Virus record (IMG/VR): IMGVR_UViG_3300025828_000158
Coordinates: 1 to 26,336 of that record
Reading direction: 5' to 3' (one strand)
DNA: 26,336 nucleotides
DNA from: a virus
Taxonomy: Duplodnaviria > Caudoviricetes
The number at the start of each line of letters is the position of its first letter. The stretch's first letter is position 1. The translations under genes were made by a program, and so were the position numbers. Below are positions 8,633 to 15,223 of this stretch, in pieces. The notes below the pieces were generated by a model, which saw nothing but the letters and a program-made list of their open reading frames with translations, searched no databases and had not been told where the DNA came from.

Positions 8633-8959
8633 TTACGGATTCCTAAATACGTTATTTTCTATAAATTCTCTTACATCTTGGTCGGTATCTGCTGGAGTTA
8701 ATTCCACAGGTTTATCCAGAGTATAACCTGCGTGTTCTAATGGTAAGAAGAATGTTAAAGGTTTTTTAGTATGTTTACTTATTTTTAGTAAACTACATAA
8801 AGGTACTCTATTAACAGCTCTTTCATACTTTTGTATTTGTTGAAAAGTTACTCCAATTAGTTTGCCTAATTCAGTTTGAGTAATTTTTCTATGCGGTAAC
8901 GATCTAGATTCTAAAATACGTTTGCCTACATATTCATATAATTGGTTATCATTATACAT
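8633..8959 (-). CDS. XRE-family HTH regulator of alphaproteobacterial type
   Basis: TQTELGKLIGVTFQQIQKYERAVNRV signature. Confidence 0.9.
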   Translation of the reverse strand: MYNDNQLYEYVGKRILESRSLPHRKITQTELGKLIGVTFQQIQKYERAVNRVPLCSLLKISKHTKKPLTFFLPLEHAGYTLDKPVELTPADTDQDVREFIENNVFRNP

Positions 8960-9260
8960 TACCTTTTCTCCTTGATGCTTCTAATGTTCTCCATATATCT
9001 ATTTTCATTTCAGCAGTTCTTCTTTTATTTTTTAATTTAAGAACTTCTATATTGAGAGCATTAATTGTTTTTATTGAGTTAACATAACTTTCGGAAGCGT
9101 AATAATCTTCAACTGCTTTTGACACAGATTTATCAGATACATTAACATAACTTCCTTTGTAATGTTTAATCATATCTTGCTGATATTGTAACTCCGCCGT
9201 AGATTCGGCGAAGTCATTATCTGTTTCAGCAAGAAAGTTTATTTCTTTCTCAATATCCAT
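8952..9260 (-). CDS. Conserved helical phage protein
   Basis: 102 aa coiled-coil ending IDIWRTLEASRRKG; coupled by overlaps to both neighbours. Confidence 0.7.
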   Translation of the reverse strand: MDIEKEINFLAETDNDFAESTAELQYQQDMIKHYKGSYVNVSDKSVSKAVEDYYASESYVNSIKTINALNIEVLKLKNKRRTAEMKIDIWRTLEASRRKGNV

Positions 9261-9841
9261 TATTTACTTTCTATTTGTAAAAATGATTTAGGTGCAGCAA
9301 CTGGAATACCAGATTTTTCAAATGTTGAACCTAAATATTTCCAAACTTCCATTATATCTCTACCAGAGTATAACACGTTTTTAGCTTGTTCTTCAAGAAA
9401 TTCTAATTCATCTTTTACTTTAAATTTAGGTAATTTCTTTACAGCACGTTTTGTTTCAAAAGAACAAACTTGTTTAAGTTCTCCTTCAACATCATCATAT
9501 TGTTTAATGTCATCAAGTCTGTAATCATTCCAATCTCTAATTTTTGACCAAGATTGTAATTTTTCAACTAATGCTTCTTTAGCTTTATATTCAGCACGTT
9601 TAAGTTTATCTTCATAAGATTCTTTTGATGTAAGAAAATTACGAAGTTTAACACTTGCTTCTTTAAAAGCATTAATCTGTTTTGAAATGCCTAACTTTTG
9701 AACAAAAGATTTATAATTTTTTTCTGTTTGTTTTTGAGTTTCGGCTTCAATAGCAGATTGTATTTCTCTGCTTCTTTCTTGAAACTTATCTTTAATAAGT
9801 CTATCAAGATACTCTAACTCGTTTTTACGTATTGGTTTCAT
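9260..9841 (-). CDS. Hypothetical coiled-coil protein
   Basis: 193 aa, AAGGA RBS. Confidence 0.75.
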   Translation of the reverse strand: MKPIRKNELEYLDRLIKDKFQERSREIQSAIEAETQKQTEKNYKSFVQKLGISKQINAFKEASVKLRNFLTSKESYEDKLKRAEYKAKEALVEKLQSWSKIRDWNDYRLDDIKQYDDVEGELKQVCSFETKRAVKKLPKFKVKDELEFLEEQAKNVLYSGRDIMEVWKYLGSTFEKSGIPVAAPKSFLQIESK

Positions 9842-9856
9842 ATTGTTTCCTTTCTG

Positions 9857-10252
9857 TTACCAAACTGATTTTTGATCTTTATAAACATTTCCTGTTTTAT
9901 CATTTGACATAAATGTTGATTCTTCATAATCGTCAGTAAAATCACCACTAGCAGTGTCAATTGTTACTGTTCCGTGAACTGAATAATCACCAGCAAATGA
10001 ACCCCATTGATTTAACCTATCGTAATCTCCGTGAACTAGTCCAATAAAGTCATCATCATCAAAAGATTTATCATCTTCTGTAATTTCTAAAACTTTATCC
10101 CAATCAACTAATTCAGATTTATCACCTTTATAAAAGGTTAAATCTTGAAATGATCCGTCATCATTACCACCATCATAAGCAATAGTTATTTTAGTATAAC
10201 CATTTTTATGTAATGCTTTGATAACGTCTTGTATGTTATCTGTGTCTATCAT
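9857..10252 (-). CDS. Acidic protein, DUF6878-like
   Basis: ITIAYDGGNDDGS and ..HGTVTID motifs; start 10252 from ATGA overlap. Confidence 0.55.
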   Translation of the reverse strand: MIDTDNIQDVIKALHKNGYTKITIAYDGGNDDGSFQDLTFYKGDKSELVDWDKVLEITEDDKSFDDDDFIGLVHGDYDRLNQWGSFAGDYSVHGTVTIDTASGDFTDDYEESTFMSNDKTGNVYKDQKSVW

Positions 10253-10581
10253 AGTTTTGGTTGTCCTTTCATCATCCAAGGTTGAGCTTTAATATGAACA
10301 ATCCAATCTTGAAAACTAGGAATCCATCCTAGATCTTCTTTGATATGTTGTTCAGCTATTAATCTGACTGGTACTTGTTTACCATCAGAATTTGTTATTG
10401 TAGTACCAAACTCTCGTTCGGCAGCAAAACACCCTTCAGCGTGATGCCTTAATGCTCTATGCGTAAAGTGTGCTACAATTTTTTTTGATTCATCAAACCA
10501 ATTATGTATGGGTTGGTAGTCCTCTGGTTTACCACCCCATTTTTTTACGGATGATAAACTGTGATAATAACAGTTAGCCAT
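10249..10581 (-). CDS. DUF6915-like His-rich protein
   Basis: H..SS.KKWGG..EDY..IH.WFD.SK......HRALRHH.EG.F.AE..FG..ITNSDG..VPVR.I.EQH..EDLG.IP...DW. Confidence 0.75.
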   Translation of the reverse strand: MANCYYHSLSSVKKWGGKPEDYQPIHNWFDESKKIVAHFTHRALRHHAEGCFAAEREFGTTITNSDGKQVPVRLIAEQHIKEDLGWIPSFQDWIVHIKAQPWMMKGQPKL

Positions 10582-10805
10582 TAGTTTGCCTTTCGTTTTA
10601 TTATTTCATTAAACGCTTTAACAATTTCATTATCATTTTTCATTTTGTTAAATGCTCTAATTAAATGAACAATATCCATTTCACCAATTGGAATATGTTC
10701 ACCTTTTGATTCCGACAAATATGTTTTATTACATTGATCTGTCATATCAGAAGGTATAGTTCGACCTGCAATTTTACAAATACGAAGTATATCAATTACT
10801 TTCAT
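10581..10805 (-). CDS. Hypothetical protein
   Basis: 74 aa, AGGAG RBS; Y.SESKGE.I.I.EM...HLIRA motif. Confidence 0.7.
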   Translation of the reverse strand: MKVIDILRICKIAGRTIPSDMTDQCNKTYLSESKGEHIPIGEMDIVHLIRAFNKMKNDNEIVKAFNEIIKRKAN

Positions 10806-11139
10806 TTACTTTCTCCTTTTTAACACTTTTTATTTTACCAACATTTTTAATAATAGCTGCATTACCTGCAATATGATCGCCTGGCAAACACATACGTTTA
10901 GTTCTTTTTTGCCATTCATACCAAGCATTAGTTGCTCGTTTATTTGGATATGCTAAAGGATTATATTTACCTTCCTCATCAACATACATTTCAAATGTTT
11001 TATGTTCGTCAGTATAACCACCAACAATTTCAATAGTACTACATCCAATTAATGGATATAATTCTTTAAATGTTGGTTTCTTTTCAAATACGTGTATGTC
11101 TTCATTACCATTGTCTTTCCAAAGTATTACATTATACAT
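10792..11139 (-). CDS. DUF3846-like protein
   Basis: FKELY..IG...IEIV...MYVDEEGK.....PNKRAT....DHIAG. Confidence 0.7.
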   Translation of the reverse strand: MYNVILWKDNGNEDIHVFEKKPTFKELYPLIGCSTIEIVGGYTDEHKTFEMYVDEEGKYNPLAYPNKRATNAWYEWQKRTKRMCLPGDHIAGNAAIIKNVGKIKSVKKEKVNESN

Positions 11140-11335
11140 TTTTATCTCCTGTTTTTTCTTTAAGTTTAGTTAACATCTGCAATCCGTAATCGGCAGCAAC
11201 ACCAATAAAGTATAAGCCCCATATCAATAATGATACAATTCCTACAAATATAAATTTAAATAACTTAAATACTTTAGGTTGGTATGCTGTTAAAAATGTG
11301 CGTAGATTATTTATCCAGTTTTTGATAATGGCCAT
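11132..11335 (-). CDS. Small membrane protein
   Basis: Hydrophobic FIFVGIVSLLIWGLYFIGVAA. Confidence 0.65.
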   Translation of the reverse strand: MAIIKNWINNLRTFLTAYQPKVFKLFKFIFVGIVSLLIWGLYFIGVAADYGLQMLTKLKEKTGDKNV

Positions 11336-11386
11336 TTTAATATATACCCTTTCGTATTATATATTTCTTTCTAACTTTCTGTTATG

Positions 11387-11455
11387 CTCTCTCATCAATG
11401 GGAGAGCTATATTTAGTGCGTTGTTTATATCCCCCAAGTACAACGCTAAACTTGG
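11387..11455. other. Intergenic double-hairpin element
   Basis: gctctc/gagagc hairpin (11387-11407) and gcgttgt/acaacgc hairpin (11418-11446), with an alternative ccaagt/acttgg pairing. Confidence 0.45.
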
Positions 11456-11482
11456 TGTTTAGACTAATTAGAGGGAAAACAA

Positions 11483-11695
11483 CTAATCAGCACTAGGATT
11501 CTGTAAATTATACAAACTAATTAAATGTTTAACTCTATCGTAAATAGGTTTAGCATCTATTTTATTTGTATCTTGATAAGCTAATACTTCCATTTCAATT
11601 AAGTATCTTTTCAAAACTTTTTCTAAAATAAAAATTTCTTTAGAATTTATTTTGATGTTGAGATACTTTATAGTCGTATCTTGCTTCTTCGGCAT
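11483..11695 (-). CDS. Hypothetical protein
   Basis: 70 aa, GAGGA RBS; overlaps the upstream gene. Confidence 0.6.
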   Translation of the reverse strand: MPKKQDTTIKYLNIKINSKEIFILEKVLKRYLIEMEVLAYQDTNKIDAKPIYDRVKHLISLYNLQNPSAD

Positions 11696-11843
11696 CTAGT
11701 CTATGTTCCTCAATGTCTGCTGGAGAGTCTATTCCAAGAGCAGTAAGTTTTGATATAAATTCATTCATTTCAATTTTGCACTCAGCATAATCAAAATGTA
11801 ATTTATCTAACTCACTTTGTTTTTCTGCTTTAACTTTTCCCAT
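11640..11843 (-). CDS. Hypothetical protein
   Basis: 67 aa, GGAG RBS. Confidence 0.65.
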   Translation of the reverse strand: MGKVKAEKQSELDKLHFDYAECKIEMNEFISKLTALGIDSPADIEEHRLDAEEARYDYKVSQHQNKF

Positions 11844-11977
11844 TTCTCCATCCTTTCTATTTCAATTTGTTCTCTGTATCTTGTGTTGATTTCTTCAACT
11901 AAAGCGATACTGTCTTTTGCTAATGATATACCATATAGCAAAATGAATACAATTGATAGTAGCAATATAAAACTCAT
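11807..11977 (-). CDS. Small membrane-anchored protein
   Basis: Start 11977 (MSFILLLSIVFILLYGISLA) with AAAGGAGA RBS. Confidence 0.65.
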   Translation of the reverse strand: MSFILLLSIVFILLYGISLAKDSIALVEEINTRYREQIEIERMEKWEKLKQKNKVS

Positions 11978-11987
11978 TTTATCTCCT

Positions 11988-12179
11988 TTAGTTCCAAAAT
12001 GTTCTTTTTTCTGCTTCGTCACGTCTAACTACCTTGTAAGGTAATACAACTGTTTTAGGCATATATTTTGCAATGGCAAAACAAAGTCCTAATACAATTC
12101 TAATGGGTAACATAATAGCAAACCAAATCCATTTAGCTGCTACATTCATTAACCAATTTTGTATATTATTTAGCATCAT
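11988..12179 (-). CDS. Small membrane protein
   Basis: AAGGAG RBS; hydrophobic WIWFAIMLPIRIVLGLCFAIA. Confidence 0.65.
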   Translation of the reverse strand: MMLNNIQNWLMNVAAKWIWFAIMLPIRIVLGLCFAIAKYMPKTVVLPYKVVRRDEAEKRTFWN

Positions 12180-12372
12180 ATTCTCCTTTCTCTGTTAAGT
12201 AATTTATGACTAATGTTTTAACAATCACTGCCATACTTACATTTCTTTTATTAGCATACTTTCTTAAAGCTTCTAATAAATCCACTCCTAAATTCACACC
12301 AAACATTCCATACTTTCCTGAAGTAGTATTTTGATGTTTATCAATTATATTATCTATATCTTTTAAATTCAT
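12166..12372 (-). CDS. Ribbon-helix-helix (CopG/Arc-like) DNA-binding protein
   Basis: FGVNL..DLLEALRKYANKRNVSMAVIVKTLVINYL pattern. Confidence 0.65.
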   Translation of the reverse strand: MNLKDIDNIIDKHQNTTSGKYGMFGVNLGVDLLEALRKYANKRNVSMAVIVKTLVINYLTEKGEYDAK

Positions 12373-12373
12373 A

Positions 12374-12559
12374 TTAATCCTTTAATTTTATTTTAGTTAA
12401 TTCCATTGATGCCAAATCAAATATTTTGTCATCTTGAGAACACATATCACAAACAGTTTTGTAAATAGGTTCTTTTTCAAACTTATTATGTTTTAACCAT
12501 AACATTACAGCAAACATTACGTTATTATATCTGCTTAATAAATAAATTGTATTTTCCAT
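12374..12559 (-). CDS. Hypothetical protein
   Basis: 61 aa, AAGGA RBS. Confidence 0.6.
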   Translation of the reverse strand: MENTIYLLSRYNNVMFAVMLWLKHNKFEKEPIYKTVCDMCSQDDKIFDLASMELTKIKLKD

Positions 12560-12652
12560 AATATTTCCTTTTATTTAGAATGTTAGTGAATTTCGGCAGC
12601 AACACTTATGAATTTTCCAACGCCGAACCTGAAAAATTCAGTCCCTAGCGAT

Positions 12653-12687
12653 AAAAAAAGCCCCATTGTCCGAAGACAACAGGGCTT
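12653..12687 (-). terminator. Rho-independent terminator
   Basis: Minus strand aagccctgttgtc-TTCG-gacaatggggc followed by T7: 11+ bp stem, cUUCGg tetraloop, U run, right after the stop at 12696. Confidence 0.9.
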
Positions 12688-12695
12688 AATTTTAA

Positions 12696-13208
12696 TTACT
12701 TTTCACCAAGAGCTTGTTTAAGTCTTTCAATATTATATTTCTTAAGCTCCTCTGATGATACATTTTTACTAGATGATTTGCTTGGCGGTACAAACTTTTG
12801 ACCGAAAGCATTTTCAAACTGTAATTTGAAAGCATCTAATATTTTCTCAGCACGCTTAATATTCAATTCCTGAACATTTCTAGTAAATAACCACTTATCA
12901 ATTTCTTGTGTGGATATTTCTGTGCCTGTATCTGATCTATATGCTTGTTTTAACTTACCCATTGTTTTATCCAATGAGTTCTTACAAGCGTCTAGATGTC
13001 TTGCAAATGCACCATAGATTGAATTACAATTCCATTCAGCAATTCTAACCCAATCATTTGAATCTGCAAAAGGCATTATAATACCCTGAAAAAATGCTCT
13101 CATAGCATTATCTATTTCAGCAGTATCTAATACATCTTGCATTTCATATACACGATTATCAGAATAATCTCTTTCTCTTAGTTCACTAGCTAACATATAT
13201 TCCTCCAT
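12696..13208 (-). CDS. Hypothetical early protein (170 aa)
   Basis: Long ORF in operon; alternative start at the second Met after GGAGG. Confidence 0.8.
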   Translation of the reverse strand: MEEYMLASELRERDYSDNRVYEMQDVLDTAEIDNAMRAFFQGIIMPFADSNDWVRIAEWNCNSIYGAFARHLDACKNSLDKTMGKLKQAYRSDTGTEISTQEIDKWLFTRNVQELNIKRAEKILDAFKLQFENAFGQKFVPPSKSSSKNVSSEELKKYNIERLKQALGEK

Positions 13209-13356
13209 TAGTTATATTATTTAACTCACTATCTATTTCAGCAACTTTATCTCTATCACCTTTACAGATAGCTTCATCTTTAAGAGTCAACAACTCATTA
13301 ACTCTCATCTTGTTAGTTTCATCAACAACTAACTCATAGTACTTAACGTAATCCAT
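13186..13356 (-). CDS. First gene of the leftward operon, 56 aa hypothetical
   Basis: AAAGGAGG RBS before ATG 13356 (MDYVKYYELV); the longer ORF-track start at 13437 runs into the structured element. Confidence 0.7.
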   Translation of the reverse strand: MDYVKYYELVVDETNKMRVNELLTLKDEAICKGDRDKVAEIDSELNNITNGGIYVS

Positions 13357-13385
13357 ATAACCTCCTTTGTTTATGATTAACGTAA

Positions 13386-13690
13386 CCCACATCACGTGGT
13401 AGCGTACAGTGAACAAGGGGAGTCCTTGACCTGTCAACAGCTTGGCAGGGGTTTACCCCCTGCGGCGTAATTGTTCCTCGTGGACAATTCGCCCTGTTTA
13501 CAGGTTGAGGGGATTCCTTGTTACACTCGCTTACTCACGTGTGTGGGAGGGGACCCATCAGTGTAAGGAGTAATCTACATCCTACTTATGTGATTACGAC
13601 TGGTTCGCACCTTTGTCTAAATCAAAGGGCGAAACACTTATGGGGGCATCCTCGCAGACAAATGCTTCCTGCATTTGGCGAGAAGATTCC
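13386..13690. ncRNA. Large multi-domain structured nucleic-acid element of unknown class
   Basis: Three consecutive base-paired domains (13386-13547, 13554-13644, 13651-13682), two with three-way junctions; much higher GC than flanks; no convincing ORF. Confidence 0.7.
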
Positions 13691-13694
13691 ATAT

Positions 13695-13723
13695 ATAGTA
13701 TTGTGAGTTTGACACACCACTAA
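13695..13723 (-). promoter_or_regulatory. Candidate leftward (early) promoter
   Basis: TTAGTG-N17-TACTAT; predicted +1 near 13688, at the right edge of the structured element. Confidence 0.35.
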
Positions 13724-13737
13724 AGTGCTGTTATTTT
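13709..13737 (+). promoter_or_regulatory. Sigma70-like rightward promoter
   Basis: TTGACA-N17-TATTTT with an extended -10 TG. Confidence 0.6.
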
Positions 13738-13739
13738 GC

Positions 13740-13768
13740 TTGACAGTAATAAAATAAAACCCTACGTA
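13740..13768 (+). promoter_or_regulatory. Second tandem rightward promoter candidate
   Basis: TTGACA-N17-TACGTA upstream of terS. Confidence 0.45.
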
Positions 13769-13789
13769 CTGTTAAGGGAAGAATAACAA

Positions 13790-14170
13790 TTGTGTAGTAT
13801 GGATGATCTAACAAACAAACAAAAGATGCTCGTTGATACTATCGTAGCAACAGGGTGTTCTATTAAGGAAGCAGCAGAAAAGGCAGGATATTCAAGTAAA
13901 GGTAAAGGAGATGCTGGGAGAGTAAGTGCATCTCGCACACTACGATTACCAAAGGTACAGAGTTATATGCAATCAAGGATAGCACAAACTCTAGGACTTG
14001 GGGCAGTAAGTGCGAGTAGGAAACTTATCGAACTCTCAAACGGAGCAAGATCAGAGTACGTTCAACTAGAAGCTAGTAGAGATATACTAGATCGTGTAGG
14101 TTTAAGAGCACCAGATAAGGTAGCTCACAATATTCAAGGGGATATTAAAATTAATATAGATCTATCGTGA
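13790..14170 (+). CDS. terS: Terminase small subunit
   Basis: LTNKQKMLV......GCSIKEAAEKAGYS...ASRTLRLPKVQ HTH and ...VQLEASRDILDRVG; upstream of TerL; start may be ATG 13799. Confidence 0.8.
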   Translation: MCSMDDLTNKQKMLVDTIVATGCSIKEAAEKAGYSSKGKGDAGRVSASRTLRLPKVQSYMQSRIAQTLGLGAVSASRKLIELSNGARSEYVQLEASRDILDRVGLRAPDKVAHNIQGDIKINIDLS

Positions 14171-14287
14171 GGCGTTGGTATGCCCACACACAGCTAGACT
14201 CCACAGAGTCGGAGGGTGGGGGCAAAATTCATCAGCTTTAGCTGACGAGGGGATGACCTCAAGCATTAAAGGTCAAAAAGGTACGCA
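14171..14287. other. GC-rich multi-hairpin element after terS (possible packaging site or RNA structure)
   Basis: Stems tgccc/gggca, gactc/gagtc, tcagc/gctga, tgacct/aggtca, closed by gcgt/acgc; contains GGGTGGGGG. Confidence 0.5.
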
Positions 14288-14289
14288 TT

Positions 14290-14439
14290 ATGGCAAAGGC
14301 TAAATTTAAAGATGTAATCAAACACGAGAGTAAAGCTAAATTCAAGAAGACAAGTATTGGTAGAAATCCAAAGATGTCTTCAATGAATAAGTCCAAGAAA
14401 AGAACTTGGAAAAAATATATTGGTCAAGGCAAGGCTTAA
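14290..14439 (+). CDS. Small highly basic protein (49 aa, not in ORF track)
   Basis: MAKAKFKD...KKTSIGRNPKMSSMNKSKKRTWKKYIGQGKA*; AAAGG RBS. Confidence 0.75.
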   Translation: MAKAKFKDVIKHESKAKFKKTSIGRNPKMSSMNKSKKRTWKKYIGQGKA

Positions 14440-14460
14440 AATATTTTTTTATCTCCATAA

Positions 14461-14494
14461 GTGCGTTTAAAATATTTTTATTCCTCTATAGGCT
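14461..14494 (+). promoter_or_regulatory. GTGCG-type promoter candidate
   Basis: GTGCG-TTTAAA-N17-TAGGCT in the intergenic region before 14522. Confidence 0.5.
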
Positions 14495-14521
14495 CACAGT
14501 CTTTCACACATAGGAGGAAAT

Positions 14522-14731
14522 ATGTATTACTTGGTAAAAATATGGAAGTCTGAAGACTTCAAAAGAGAGATTGTATATTCTGCTGATAATGATATACAAG
14601 CAATACAAATGGCGAGTGCTGCTACACCAGATGGATGCAGAAGTACATTTGAAGAAATAACAAAGGAGATCTATGAAAAAAGTTTCGAAACCAGCATACA
14701 ACAAAAAGTCAAAGAAACCACAGAAAGCTAA
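14522..14731 (+). CDS. Hypothetical protein
   Basis: 69 aa, AGGAGG RBS. Confidence 0.75.
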   Translation: MYYLVKIWKSEDFKREIVYSADNDIQAIQMASAATPDGCRSTFEEITKEIYEKSFETSIQQKVKETTES

Positions 14732-14733
14732 GA

Positions 14734-15093
14734 ATGGGAAGCAAAGCAAAGCAAAAGGGTACTAGAGTAGAACACAAAGTAAGAAAGTTATTTGAAGAAT
14801 TAGGAATTAAAGCCAGACGACAACCAATGTCTGGTGCAATTCCTGGACTACCACACGACGTTTATGCAGATGTTATGGGTGGACTATCAGTTGAATGTAA
14901 AGCAAGAAAAGGAGCAAAAGGATTTGTTACTATGGAAAAGTGGCAAGGCGGAGCTGACTTGCTTGTTTTAGTTTCTGATTATCAAGAGCCACGTGTACAA
15001 ATGCGTTGGAGAAAATTTAAGGAGTTATTAGGTTATGTCATTTCTGAACACGCTGTCATTGAAGGACAAGAGAAGACTCAGAACAATAGTTAA
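14734..15093 (+). CDS. PD-(D/E)XK nuclease, Hjc-like Holliday junction resolvase
   Basis: SKAKQKG.R.E, ARRQPMSGA, PHD, VECK motifs. Confidence 0.8.
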   Translation: MGSKAKQKGTRVEHKVRKLFEELGIKARRQPMSGAIPGLPHDVYADVMGGLSVECKARKGAKGFVTMEKWQGGADLLVLVSDYQEPRVQMRWRKFKELLGYVISEHAVIEGQEKTQNNS

Positions 15094-15223
15094 GAAAGTA
15101 CATCTTAAACATTATCCCACTCATATGATTACAGATTATGAGGCAGATAAACTTGTAGAAGCTTTTGGAGAAGAAACAGTTTATAACCTACTTAGAGATA
15201 ACGTAGGTAAAAATGTCGATTGA
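15035..15223 (+). CDS. Hypothetical protein
   Basis: 62 aa, AAGGAG RBS, overlaps the terL start. Confidence 0.65.
   Translation: MSFLNTLSLKDKRRLRTIVKKVHLKHYPTHMITDYEADKLVEAFGEETVYNLLRDNVGKNVD

Noticed and set aside
13409-13437. Minus-strand TTGACA as the early promoter
   Set aside because: No plausible -10 at 16-18 nt (GTTCAC); the hexamer is part of a paired stem.
13518-13706. 62-aa ORF inside the structured element
   Set aside because: TTG start, no RBS, atypical composition; better explained as non-coding structure.
14225-14265. Hammerhead-like CUGANGA cores on both strands (ctgacga +, ctgatga -)
   Set aside because: No GAAA after a stem II and no stem III/UH cleavage site; the two motifs are simply arms of the tcagc/gctga hairpin.
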